The notes below the pieces were generated by a model, which did not search any database, was not told the DNA's origin, and worked only from the letters and a program-made list of their open reading frames with translations. This document shows positions 24,508 through 33,862 of a stretch of 36,303 nucleotides of DNA, piece after piece. Position numbers and translations under genes: made by a program. Within the stretch, counting starts at the first letter, position 1, and each line of letters starts with the position of its first letter. This stretch comes from Terrimicrobiaceae bacterium (GTDB taxonomy: Bacteria > Verrucomicrobiota > Verrucomicrobiia > Chthoniobacterales > Terrimicrobiaceae), in NCBI GenBank assembly GCA_041752695.1, contig JBGSVZ010000007.1, positions 1 to 36,303 of the forward strand, given 5' to 3'.

Positions 24508-25473
24508 TTGAAGAAAAAAATCCTTATTCTCGGAGCCGGCAGCATTGGATTGCGTCATGCGCGGGTGTTGCGCGAGGTCGGCCAGGAGGTCGCGGTGTTC
24601 TCCGCGCGGCCCGAGGCCCGGGCGGCTTTGCGGGCGGACGGCTGGACGTCACCGGATTCGCCGTGGGATTTTCCAGGATGCTGCCACGCCATCGTGGCGA
24701 CCCGCACGGGCCGTCACGTGCAGGATGCTCTCCCTCTCCTGGAGGCCGGCATGACTGTTCTGGTCGAAAAGCCCCTGGCCGTGGATCTCGCGCAGGGAAA
24801 AGTTTTAGTCGAGGCCGCCGGAAAGAGTGGGGCGAAAGTTTTCTGCGCGCTTAACCTTCGTTTCTCCCGTTCCTTGCATCATTTCCTGACCTGGCTGGAG
24901 CGCCCGGGATGTTTCCATGCCGCCCATGTGGAGTGCCGTTCGTATTTGCCGGAGTGGCGTCCCGGGACGGATTTGTCGGGTTCCTACAGCGCTTCGGCCG
25001 AGGAAGGCGGCGTTTTGCGTGATCTGGTTCATGAGATTGATTACGCCGGTTGGCTGCTCGGCTGGCCGCAGCGGGTCTCTGCGCGGTTTGACCATACGGG
25101 ACGCCTCGGCCTCGCGGCAGAGGAGGCCGCCTATCTGGATTGCTCGCTTCCTTCCGGAGCCAATGTGCAGATCGATCTCGACTATCTTTCGAGGGTCCCC
25201 ATGCGCAGAATGCGCGTCTTCGGCGAAAATGGCACCCTCACCTGGGATGGGATGGCGCAAACTGTCGAGTTTGCCCGTCCGCGCGAGGAGGCCGAGTTGG
25301 TGGAGGCCCGGGAAACGAAAGATGAAAACCTGCTGGCTCAAGACATGGCTTTCCTGAACGGGGAAGATGACCGGTTGGTGTCGGGTAGAGAGGCCCTGCG
25401 AGGTCTGGCGGTGTGCGAGGCGGCAAGGCGGTCTGCGGAATCCCGGCGCGAGGAGGAGGTCGCCCTCTCATGA
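24508..25473 (+). CDS. Gfo/Idh/MocA oxidoreductase (PtmF/ElaA-like)
   Basis: GAGSIGLRH, VLVEKP, YLPEWRPG..YSAS..GGVLRDLVHEIDY. Confidence 0.88.
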   Translation: MKKKILILGAGSIGLRHARVLREVGQEVAVFSARPEARAALRADGWTSPDSPWDFPGCCHAIVATRTGRHVQDALPLLEAGMTVLVEKPLAVDLAQGKVLVEAAGKSGAKVFCALNLRFSRSLHHFLTWLERPGCFHAAHVECRSYLPEWRPGTDLSGSYSASAEEGGVLRDLVHEIDYAGWLLGWPQRVSARFDHTGRLGLAAEEAAYLDCSLPSGANVQIDLDYLSRVPMRRMRVFGENGTLTWDGMAQTVEFARPREEAELVEARETKDENLLAQDMAFLNGEDDRLVSGREALRGLAVCEAARRSAESRREEEVALS

Positions 25474-26168
25474 AAACCATTGCCTTCATTTTTGCCCGGG
25501 GAGGTTCCAAGGGCATCCCGCGCAAAAACCTGCAGGAGCTGGGAGGAAAACCCCTGCTTGGCCACGCGGTCGAATGTGCGCTGGCCGTTGCTTCCGTGGA
25601 GCGGGTGATTGTTTCGACCGATGATGAGGAGATTGCCGCGGTGGCGAGAACTTTTGGCGCGGATGTTCCCTTTCTGCGACCGCCGGAACTGGCCACGGAT
25701 CGGGCACCCGAAATCCTCGCCTGGCAGCATGCCCTGCACGAAGCCGAGGTGAGGTATGGGACGTTCGACGTGTTTCTCAGTGTGCCGACCACCGCTCCGC
25801 TGCGCGCTGCAGAAGATCTGGAAAACGTCCTGCAGGCCTTCGTGCCGGGCGAGACGGACTTTGTCATCACAGTCACGCCTGCGCGACGCAGTCCCTACTT
25901 CAACATGGTCACGGTGGACGAGCAGGGATTCGCCAGGCTGGCTGCCGAGGCCGGTCCCCACATCGCGAACCGGCAGGAGGCCCCACCGGTTTTTGACATG
26001 ACCACCGTGGCTTATGCCGCATCGCCCGATTATGTAAAGTCGGGGCAGGGGCTCTTCGCGGGGCGGGTGCGCGCGGTGACCGTGCCGGCGGAGCGGGCTT
26101 TGGATATTGATGAACCGCTGGACTTGGAAATCGCGCGTTTCCTTTTTTCCCGCTCTAATAGGGTTTGA
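25470..26168 (+). CDS. Acylneuraminate (nonulosonate) cytidylyltransferase, LegF/PtmB/ElaB-like
   Basis: ATGA overlap with AGGAGG SD upstream. FARGGSKGIPRKN, VSTDDEEIA, TTAPLR, DIDEPLD. Confidence 0.92.
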   Translation: MKTIAFIFARGGSKGIPRKNLQELGGKPLLGHAVECALAVASVERVIVSTDDEEIAAVARTFGADVPFLRPPELATDRAPEILAWQHALHEAEVRYGTFDVFLSVPTTAPLRAAEDLENVLQAFVPGETDFVITVTPARRSPYFNMVTVDEQGFARLAAEAGPHIANRQEAPPVFDMTTVAYAASPDYVKSGQGLFAGRVRAVTVPAERALDIDEPLDLEIARFLFSRSNRV

Positions 26169-26971
26169 TGATGTTTTCTGAACTCACCAATCTGCAAGGC
26201 CAGACCGCCGTCGTGACGGGCGGGGCTGGCGGACTTGCCGGCTGCTTCTGCGAGACGCTTTGCGAACTTGGCGCCAGCCTGGTATTGCTGGACCGCAATG
26301 CGGAGGCCCTCGAAAATACCGCTGCGCGGCTTCGGGAGAAGTCCGGCGCGGAGGTGGTCGCGGTGACGGTGGATTTGGAAAGGGAAGAGTCCTTGCGCGA
26401 GGCCGTGTCGTCAGTGCTTTTACACCGACCGAAGTTCGAGATTCTCATCAACTGCGCGGCTTTTGTCGGCAGCTCAAACCTCGAGGGCTGGGTTGCACCT
26501 TTCGAGCAGCAGAGCGTCGAAACCTGGCGTCGGGCCCTGGAGGTCAACCTCACCGCCGCCTTTGCGCTGAGTCAGGGATTTGCGCCCGCCCTGCGTGCCT
26601 CCGGCCACGGCCGCATTATTAACTTTAGCTCCATCTACGGCGTGTCTGCGCCGGATTTTTCGATTTACGATGGGCTTCCGGGCATGGGCAACCCTGCGGC
26701 CTATGCGGCGAGCAAAGCCGGGCTCGTGCAGTTGACCAAGTGGCTCTCGACCGCGCTCGCCCCGGATATTCGGGTGAACTGTCTTTCGCCCGGTGGCGTG
26801 TATTCCGGACAGAATGAGGAATTTGTGCGCCGGTATTCGGCCAAGACCCCGCTGGGCCGCATGGCTAACGCCGAGGATATCGCCGGCGTGGTGGCTTTTC
26901 TGGCGACGGATCTCTCCCGGTACATGACGGGGCAAAATCTGATGGTCGATGGAGGATGGACCGTTTGGTGA
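26168..26971 (+). CDS. SDR oxidoreductase (PtmA/ElaC-like)
   Basis: VTGGAGGL, NCAA, SSIYG, YAASK catalytic motif, TGQNLMVDGGW. Confidence 0.9.
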   Translation: MMFSELTNLQGQTAVVTGGAGGLAGCFCETLCELGASLVLLDRNAEALENTAARLREKSGAEVVAVTVDLEREESLREAVSSVLLHRPKFEILINCAAFVGSSNLEGWVAPFEQQSVETWRRALEVNLTAAFALSQGFAPALRASGHGRIINFSSIYGVSAPDFSIYDGLPGMGNPAAYAASKAGLVQLTKWLSTALAPDIRVNCLSPGGVYSGQNEEFVRRYSAKTPLGRMANAEDIAGVVAFLATDLSRYMTGQNLMVDGGWTVW

Positions 26972-27999
26972 TGGACCTTTTTGGAAAAGACGGACGCTGT
27001 TTCATCATTGCCGAGGCCGGGGTGAACCATAACGGCAGCCTGAAGCGCGCTTTGGAGATGGTGGACGTGGCCGCCGCCGCAGGTGCCGATGCGGTTAAGT
27101 TCCAGACATTCAAGCCCGAGTTGCTGGTCCATCGGGATGCGGCCAAGGGGAAGTATCAGCAAAAAACCACCGCGGCGGACGAGAGCCAGTTTGCGATGCT
27201 GGAGAAGTTGCAGCTCTCGGCGGACGACTTTCGGGTGCTGCGCGATCACTGCCTGGATCGTGACATTATCTTCCTTTCGACGCCCTTCGACGAAATAAGT
27301 GCAGGTCTGCTCGACCGTCTTGCTGTGGCGGCGTTCAAACTCAGCTCTGCCGATATCACTAATCTGCCTCTCATTGAGTGCGTCGCGGCCACCGGGAAAC
27401 CGGTGATCCTTTCCACGGGAATGTCGGAGACCGAGGAGATCGATATTGCCGTTGCGACGGCTCGCGGAGCGGGATGTCAGTCGCTCGGCATTCTCCATTG
27501 TGTGTCCGCCTATCCGACACCGGCCGGGGAATGTAACCTGCGTGTGATTGCTTCCTTCCGAGACCGATATCAAGTGCCGGTGGGATTTTCGGATCACACA
27601 CTCGGCATCCACCTCGCCGCCGCGGCGGTGGCTCTGGGGGCGACGATCCTCGAAAAACATTTTACCCTGGACCGCGCGCTGCCGGGTCCGGATCACGCCG
27701 CGTCGCTTGTGCCCGACGAATTGAAGGCCATGGTGGCAAACATTCGGGACGTTGAAGTCGCGGTGGGGGATGGCGTGAAACGCCCGACGGTTTCCGAATC
27801 CGAAAATCTCAGCATCGGCCGGCGCAGTCTGTTTTGGGCGCGAGCCATGGCTGAAGGCGCGGAGGCTGCCGTCAGTGATTTCGTCGCACTCCGTCCCGGG
27901 TTGGGGCTGCCACCGGGAAAACGGGATCAATTCGTGGGCAGGCGCTTGATGCGCCCGGTGGCCGGCGGAGAGTTGGTTCGCGAGGAGGATTTTTTGTGA
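26971..27999 (+). CDS. neuB: Nonulosonic acid synthase (NeuB/LegI family) with C-terminal SAF/AFP domain
   Basis: IIAEAGVNHNGS, ADAVKFQTF, LSTPFD, LSTGM, HCVSAYP, GFSDHT, EKHFTLDR..GPDH. Start is uncertain (26956/26968/26971). Confidence 0.93.
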   Translation: MDLFGKDGRCFIIAEAGVNHNGSLKRALEMVDVAAAAGADAVKFQTFKPELLVHRDAAKGKYQQKTTAADESQFAMLEKLQLSADDFRVLRDHCLDRDIIFLSTPFDEISAGLLDRLAVAAFKLSSADITNLPLIECVAATGKPVILSTGMSETEEIDIAVATARGAGCQSLGILHCVSAYPTPAGECNLRVIASFRDRYQVPVGFSDHTLGIHLAAAAVALGATILEKHFTLDRALPGPDHAASLVPDELKAMVANIRDVEVAVGDGVKRPTVSESENLSIGRRSLFWARAMAEGAEAAVSDFVALRPGLGLPPGKRDQFVGRRLMRPVAGGELVREEDFL

Positions 28000-28697
28000 T
28001 CGTCGCGATTCACCAACCGCAATACCTCCCGTGGGTCCCCTTCTTCGACAAGCTGGATGCGTGTGATCTTTTTGTCTTTTTGGACACCGTGCAGTTCCAG
28101 CGCCGAGGTGTGCAGAATCGCAACCAGGTCCTCGGGCCGGACGGGCCGCTCTGGCTCACCGTGCCGGTGAACGCTTCGCGTGAGACGCTGATCAAGGATG
28201 TGGCCGTCGCGGAAAATCCCTGGCAGCACGCCCATCTTCGCAGCATTGAAACCGCCTACAAAAAAGCGCCCTTTTTCAAAGAGTATGGGCCGGAGTTGCT
28301 GGAGCTGCTCAGCCGGAAATGGGATCTTCTGGTGGACCTGAATGGTGCGACCACAGAGCTTCTCATGAGAGCGCTTGGCATCACGACGCGTTGCGTGCGG
28401 GCGTCGGAATTGCCGGTGTCCGGCGCCAAACAAGATCTCATCCTCGATATTTGCACCGCTTGCCGTGCGACCGAATATCTCTCGGGAACCGGAGCCCGGG
28501 CGTATCAGACACCCGCGGAGTTTACGACGCGGAACGTCACTTTGCGTTATCAAAACTACGAGTCCCGCCCCTACCCGCAGCGATTTGCGGGGGAGAATTT
28601 TATCGGCGGACTATCCGCACTGGATATGATCTTCAACCTCGGCCCGGCGGCCCGCGAAACCTTGTTGGCGGGACGTGGCCCGGCGCAGAAGGAATGA
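27996..28697 (+). CDS. WbqC family protein
   Basis: IHQPQYLPWVPFFDK, LDTVQF..QNRN, WLTVPV, YPQ...LSALDMIFN. Confidence 0.9.
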   Translation: MIVAIHQPQYLPWVPFFDKLDACDLFVFLDTVQFQRRGVQNRNQVLGPDGPLWLTVPVNASRETLIKDVAVAENPWQHAHLRSIETAYKKAPFFKEYGPELLELLSRKWDLLVDLNGATTELLMRALGITTRCVRASELPVSGAKQDLILDICTACRATEYLSGTGARAYQTPAEFTTRNVTLRYQNYESRPYPQRFAGENFIGGLSALDMIFNLGPAARETLLAGRGPAQKE

Positions 28698-28701
28698 TTT
28701 C

Positions 28702-29349
28702 ATGAACGACGAAAAACTCTCTCCCGTCATCGATTACTGGAACACCAAGGCCTCGCAAGAGGCCAGCGACTGCGCGCGCATCGAATCCGGCCAGCGTGCT
28801 CAGCGCATGCGGTTTGAAAATTTTGTGGTCCATCACGACCTCATTGGCAGCCGCATTCTTGATGTGGGCTGCGGGGTGGGGGATTTTTACGATCATCTGA
28901 AACGCCGCGGCATCGCCTGCGACTACCATGGCGTGGACATTGCGGAGCAAATGGTCGGGCGCTGCCGCGAACGGTTTCCTGAGACGCGCTTTGATGTGGC
29001 CGATGTCACCCGATGGCAGCCGGAAGTTCCCAGTGATTATGTGGTGTCCTTTGCCATTCATAATGTCCGGATGGAAGGCGGACGGGAACTGCTCGAATCC
29101 GTCACTCGCCGCCAGTTCGAACTCTGCACCAAGGCCGCGCATGTGAGTTTGCTGACGGATCGGTTCCCGGGTTTTGATGCCCACATCCAGCCATGGCGTG
29201 CGGAAGAGGTGTTGTCGCTCGCGCTTTCCCTCACGCCTTATGTTGTGCTTCGGCACGACTATTTGCCGAACGATTTCAGCGTGACGATGTATCGCGAGCC
29301 CCTGATTGATACGCGGCAGGATCTTTTTCTTCCGCCGAGAGAGTCATGA
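28702..29349 (+). CDS. Class I SAM-dependent methyltransferase
   Basis: ATG 28702, ILDVGCGVGDF, YHGVDI, LRHDYLPNDF. Confidence 0.88.
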   Translation: MNDEKLSPVIDYWNTKASQEASDCARIESGQRAQRMRFENFVVHHDLIGSRILDVGCGVGDFYDHLKRRGIACDYHGVDIAEQMVGRCRERFPETRFDVADVTRWQPEVPSDYVVSFAIHNVRMEGGRELLESVTRRQFELCTKAAHVSLLTDRFPGFDAHIQPWRAEEVLSLALSLTPYVVLRHDYLPNDFSVTMYREPLIDTRQDLFLPPRES

Positions 29350-30500
29350 GAAAAATCGCCTTCCTTACCGCCGCGCGGTCGGACTACGACATCATTCACC
29401 CGGTGATGCAGGCCGCGAAGGCCGCTGGCTGTGATGTTGAGGTCATCGCCGGGGCGGCGCAGATGTCGCCGTTCCACGGCCGGGGCATTGATGCGATCCG
29501 GCAGGATGGATTTCGAGTGCGGGCGGGTATCGAATCGTTGGTGGCGTCCGAGACGTGGACGGGCCGCGCGCTTTCCTTCAGTCATTTGATGGCTGGTCTC
29601 ACCACGGCTTTGTCTGTGGATAAGCCGGATGTCTTGTTTGTCACCGGGGATCGCGAGGAAGCTCTGGCCGGCGCCATGGCGGGCGTCTTTTTAAAAATCC
29701 CCGTGGCGCACTTGCATGGCGGCGACCGGTGTTTTGCCTCGGATGTGGATGAAGTCTTTCGTCCGGCAATTTCGAAACTTTCGCATCTGCATTTTGTGGC
29801 CAACCAAGGCCACAAGGAGCGTCTCGTGAGGATGGGCGAGGATCCGAATTGGATTTGGTCGTGTGGCGCTCCGGGCCTGGACCGTTTGCGAAGCGAACCG
29901 GATCTGGGAGACGCCGCTCTGCAGGAGGCATTCGGCATTACGCCGGGATCGCCGTATTTTTTGCTGATTCATCATCCCTCGCCGACGGTGGACGACACCA
30001 ATACGCGCGAGGAGATGGAGGCGGTTCTGGACGGCGCGCTGGCCGGGGGAATTCCCGTGCTCTGCAGCTACCCGAACACCGACCCCGGGAACATCGACAT
30101 GCGCGCCGCGATTGATGCACGGGTCGCACGTGAGCCGCGGCTGAAAACGTATTTCAACGTGCCCCGCACGTTGTTTGTCACGGCCTACCGCCGATGCGCG
30201 GCGGTGCTGGGAAATTCGTCATCGATTGTCATCGAGTCCACCTTCCTCAAGGTTCCCGGCGTGCTGATTGGTCCGCGTCAGGATCTCCGCGAAACGGCCG
30301 ATAATGTGATTCGCGTGCCGGTTGATCGCGCCGCGATTCGGGATGCCTGTACGAGGGCTTTGCACGACGAGGCTTTTCGGAAACAGGTGCGCGCTACGGT
30401 GAGCCTTTATGGGGATGGTCAGGCGGGGCCGCGGATTGCCAAAGTCCTGGCCGAAACTCCGTTGCCCGGCAGCCTCATGCTGAAAACGATGCCTTATTAG
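29346..30500 (+). CDS. neuC: Hydrolysing NDP-N-acetylsugar 2-epimerase (NeuC/LegG family)
   Basis: TAARSDY, GDREE, HLHGGD, RPAISKLSHLHF, GAPGLD, GNSSS, GPRQ, YGDG. Confidence 0.92.
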   Translation: MRKIAFLTAARSDYDIIHPVMQAAKAAGCDVEVIAGAAQMSPFHGRGIDAIRQDGFRVRAGIESLVASETWTGRALSFSHLMAGLTTALSVDKPDVLFVTGDREEALAGAMAGVFLKIPVAHLHGGDRCFASDVDEVFRPAISKLSHLHFVANQGHKERLVRMGEDPNWIWSCGAPGLDRLRSEPDLGDAALQEAFGITPGSPYFLLIHHPSPTVDDTNTREEMEAVLDGALAGGIPVLCSYPNTDPGNIDMRAAIDARVAREPRLKTYFNVPRTLFVTAYRRCAAVLGNSSSIVIESTFLKVPGVLIGPRQDLRETADNVIRVPVDRAAIRDACTRALHDEAFRKQVRATVSLYGDGQAGPRIAKVLAETPLPGSLMLKTMPY

Positions 30501-31175
30501 ATGCCTATGAACGTTTTGATTATTTCGGTTCACCCCGACGACGAAACCCTGGGATGTGGAGGCGCGATTTTAAAACACCGCGCCAATGGCGACGATGTGC
30601 GGTGGTTGATTCTCACCAGTGCGCGTGAGCCCCTTTGGAGCAAGGAGCTCATCGAAACCAAGGCCCAGGAGGTGGCGGACGTGGCAGCGGCCTACGATAT
30701 TCCGGCTCCCTACCGCGCCCACCTGCCAGCCGGACAGCTTGACCGCACGCCCCAGGAGGAAATCCTTTTCGCGGTGCGTGATGCCGTGCGCGATGCCAAG
30801 CCGGAGGTTGTCTATCTCGTGCATGGGGGCGACGTGAATTCCGACCACCGCGCCGCCTTCACCGGCGCGCTCTCCGCGCTCAAGCCGTTTCATTTGCGGG
30901 CTTTGGGAGTGAATCGGGTACTTTGTTACGAGACGCTCTCCTCCACGGAGGCGGCTCCTCCGCTTGTGCAAAATGTTTTTTTGCCGCAAATCTGCTGCGA
31001 CATCTCGCCCTGGATCGAGCGGAAGATTGAAATTATGGATCTCTACGCCTCAGAAACGCATGACGATCCCATGCCCCGCGGACCTTCCGCGATCCGCGCC
31101 CGCGCGCGCTCGCGGGGCTCGGCGTTCGGACTGGAATATGCCGAGGCGTTCTCGCTGATCTGGCAAATGGAATGA
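30501..31175 (+). CDS. PIG-L/LmbE family N-deacetylase
   Basis: VHPDDETLGCGG, DVNSDH, YETLSSTE, AEAF. Confidence 0.9.
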   Translation: MPMNVLIISVHPDDETLGCGGAILKHRANGDDVRWLILTSAREPLWSKELIETKAQEVADVAAAYDIPAPYRAHLPAGQLDRTPQEEILFAVRDAVRDAKPEVVYLVHGGDVNSDHRAAFTGALSALKPFHLRALGVNRVLCYETLSSTEAAPPLVQNVFLPQICCDISPWIERKIEIMDLYASETHDDPMPRGPSAIRARARSRGSAFGLEYAEAFSLIWQME

Positions 31176-31810
31176 GGGAACGGTGTGTCATTCTCGGCGG
31201 CGGAGGCCATGCCAAAGTTGTGATCGAAGCGCTCCGCGCCGAAGGTCGGCTGGAGCCTGCTGCCATCGTGGATTCCGACCCGGCACGCAAGGGCCGGGAG
31301 ATCTACGGTGTTCCCATTGTGGGCGATGATTCCGAGTTGTCGGCGATTTTTGCTTCGGGGGTGTCATTCGCGGTGGCGGGACTTGGAGGGGTTCGCGACA
31401 ACGAACCGCGCCGCTGCCTGATGGAAAACGCCGCCCGTGCGGGGTTTTCCCTGGCCGGCGTGATCCACCCCTCGGCTCAAATCAGCCCTTCGGCCCAGAT
31501 TGCCCCCTCCGTGCAAATTTTAGTCGGCGCTGTGATCGGACCGGATGCCGTCCTCGCCGAAGGTGTGGTGGTGAACTCCCGCGCCGTGGTGGAGCACGAT
31601 TGCCAGATTGGCGAATACGCGCACATTGCCACGGGCGCCGTGCTCGCCGGGGGTGTGCGGGTTTCCGCCATGGCCCACGTGGGAGCCGGTGGCGTGGTGC
31701 GGCAAAAGATTGCCATTGGTTCCCGCGCGGTGGTTGGCGCGGGCGCGGTGGTGGTGCGGAACGTGGAGGACGGTCAAGTCGTGGTTGGCGTTCCGGCGCG
31801 TCCTTTGTAG
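31172..31810 (+). CDS. Hexapeptide-repeat acetyltransferase (NeuD/PglD/LegH-like)
   Basis: GGGGHAKVV, IHPSA, VVEHDC, left-handed beta-helix repeats, VGVPARP. Confidence 0.92.
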   Translation: MRERCVILGGGGHAKVVIEALRAEGRLEPAAIVDSDPARKGREIYGVPIVGDDSELSAIFASGVSFAVAGLGGVRDNEPRRCLMENAARAGFSLAGVIHPSAQISPSAQIAPSVQILVGAVIGPDAVLAEGVVVNSRAVVEHDCQIGEYAHIATGAVLAGGVRVSAMAHVGAGGVVRQKIAIGSRAVVGAGAVVVRNVEDGQVVVGVPARPL

Positions 31811-31820
31811 GATTTTTTTG

Positions 31821-32858
31821 ATGAGACAGTTGTTTGAGTCCGTCTGCATTCGCGAAAGCGGCACATTGTTTGAAGCCTTGGAGGTGCTCCAAAAAGGCGC
31901 GGCCGGCATTGCCCTTGTGCAAGACGCCGAAGGCCGCCTCCTGGGCATTCTGACCGATGGCGACATTCGGCGCGCCCTCCTGGAGCACGCCTCGCTAAGT
32001 GATCCCGTTGCTCCGTACGTCAGCCAGCATGCGACCACCGTGTCTCCCCAGGCACCGAGGGCGGAGGTGCTTGATCTCATGCAGGCCCTCAAGATTCATC
32101 AGGTGCCCGTGGTGGATGAGGCCGGTTATGTCAAAGGCCTGCACCTTCTGCATGAGGTGCTGGGTGCGGTGGACCGTCCGCATTGGGCGGTGATCATGGC
32201 CGGTGGGCGCGGCATGCGCCTCGGTGATCTCACCAGCAACACTCCGAAGCCCATGTTGAAAGTCGCGGGAAGGCCGATCCTCGAGCGCCTTATCCTGCAT
32301 CTTGTTGGCTTCGGGATCCGCCGGATTTTTCTTTCCGTGCATTATCTTCCCGAGGTCATTCAATCCCATTTTGGGGACGGGAGCCGGTTTGGTTGTCAGA
32401 TCGAATACCTTTTGGAAAACCAACCGCTCGGCACGGGCGGGGCGCTGAGTTTGTTGCCGGAAAAACCGGTGCATCCGGTTCTCGTTTGCAATGGCGATCT
32501 CATCACCCAGGCGGACCTTGACGCCATGATCCGGTTTCACGAGGCCGAGGCCTTCGACATGACCGTCGGCGTCCGCGACTACACTTATCAGATCCCGTTT
32601 GGCTGCGCGGAACTCGACGGCAAAACGCTCGTTTCACTCAGCGAAAAACCCTCCATGGTGCATCACATCAACGCCGGCATGTACCTCATCGCGCCTTCCA
32701 TTTTGGAAATGGTTCCCGAATCCTACTTTCCCATCACCGATCTCATCCAGTCCTGCCTGGACCGCGGAAAGCGCGTCGGGGCCTGGCGGATCGAGGATGA
32801 TTGGATTGACGTCGGCCAGCGCCACGAATTGGATCGCGCCCGGAACGGCGCGCCGTAA
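31821..32858 (+). CDS. CBS-pair plus nucleotidyltransferase (PtmE/LgaG-like)
   Basis: ATG 31821, GILTDGDIRR (CBS), MAGGRGMRL..TPKPML, PLGTGG, NGDL, INAGMY, WIDVG. Confidence 0.92.
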   Translation: MRQLFESVCIRESGTLFEALEVLQKGAAGIALVQDAEGRLLGILTDGDIRRALLEHASLSDPVAPYVSQHATTVSPQAPRAEVLDLMQALKIHQVPVVDEAGYVKGLHLLHEVLGAVDRPHWAVIMAGGRGMRLGDLTSNTPKPMLKVAGRPILERLILHLVGFGIRRIFLSVHYLPEVIQSHFGDGSRFGCQIEYLLENQPLGTGGALSLLPEKPVHPVLVCNGDLITQADLDAMIRFHEAEAFDMTVGVRDYTYQIPFGCAELDGKTLVSLSEKPSMVHHINAGMYLIAPSILEMVPESYFPITDLIQSCLDRGKRVGAWRIEDDWIDVGQRHELDRARNGAP

Positions 32859-32863
32859 TTAGC

Positions 32864-33862
32864 ATGATTCAGGAAATTTCACTCACAGGCAAAAAGGTTC
32901 TCGTCACCGGTGCGGCCGGTTTCATCGGCAGCCATCTGACCGAACGGTTGGTCGAACTCGGCGCGGAGACACGCGCGTTTGTCCGCTATAGCTCCACGGG
33001 ATCCCGGGGGTGGCTGGACGCTTCACCGCTCGCCGGGGAGATGAATTTTGTCCATGGCGATATTCGCGACCATTCGCTGGTGGAAAAGGCGGTGAAAGGC
33101 TGCGACCTCGTCTTCCATCTCGCTGCGCTCATCGGCATTCCCTATTCCTACGACGCTCCCGATTCCTACGTGCAGACCAATGTGACGGGGACGCTCAATG
33201 TTCTCCAATCCTGTCGGGCGCATTCGGTCGGTCGTCTGCTCAGCACCTCGACCAGCGAGGTTTATGGCACGGCACTTTACACGCCTATTGACGAAAACCA
33301 TCCGCTGCAGGGTCAGTCTCCCTATTCGGCCACCAAAATCGGCGCGGACAAGCTGGTCGAGTCGTTCTGGAGGTCCTTCGAGCTCGATGCCGTGACCATG
33401 CGGCCCTTCAACACCTTTGGTCCCCGCCAGTCGGCGCGGGCGGTCATCCCCACCATCGCCAGCCAGTTGCTGGCCGGTGCGAAACGCATCCGCCTGGGCA
33501 ACCTCGAGGCGCGACGGGATTTGAACTATGTTTCCAATACGGTCGATGCCTTCGTGGCGGCGGCGGCCACGCCGGGGCTGGCGGGCGAGACAATTCATTT
33601 CGGCTCGGGCCGCGAGGTTTCGATTGGCGAACTTTTTACGATCATGCGCGACATTGTGGGAAGCGACGCGGAGGTGGAAGTGGACGCGGCGCGCATCCGT
33701 CCGGAAAAAAGCGAAGTCGGCCTGCTTCTGGCGGACAATACCAAGGCGGAGAAGCTGCTGGGCTGGACCCCACGGGTGACCCTCGAAGAAGGGCTGGGGC
33801 ACGTCGTCTCCTGGGTGAAGGAAAATCTGTCGAAATATCGCACGGAGGAATATGTCGTCTAG
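32864..33862 (+). CDS. legB: NDP-GlcNAc 4,6-dehydratase (LegB-like extended SDR)
   Basis: VTGAAGFIGSHL, LAALIGIPYSY, STSEVYG, QSPYSATKIGAD, RPFNTFGPRQSARAVIPTI, RPEKSEV. Confidence 0.88.
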   Translation: MIQEISLTGKKVLVTGAAGFIGSHLTERLVELGAETRAFVRYSSTGSRGWLDASPLAGEMNFVHGDIRDHSLVEKAVKGCDLVFHLAALIGIPYSYDAPDSYVQTNVTGTLNVLQSCRAHSVGRLLSTSTSEVYGTALYTPIDENHPLQGQSPYSATKIGADKLVESFWRSFELDAVTMRPFNTFGPRQSARAVIPTIASQLLAGAKRIRLGNLEARRDLNYVSNTVDAFVAAAATPGLAGETIHFGSGREVSIGELFTIMRDIVGSDAEVEVDAARIRPEKSEVGLLLADNTKAEKLLGWTPRVTLEEGLGHVVSWVKENLSKYRTEEYVV

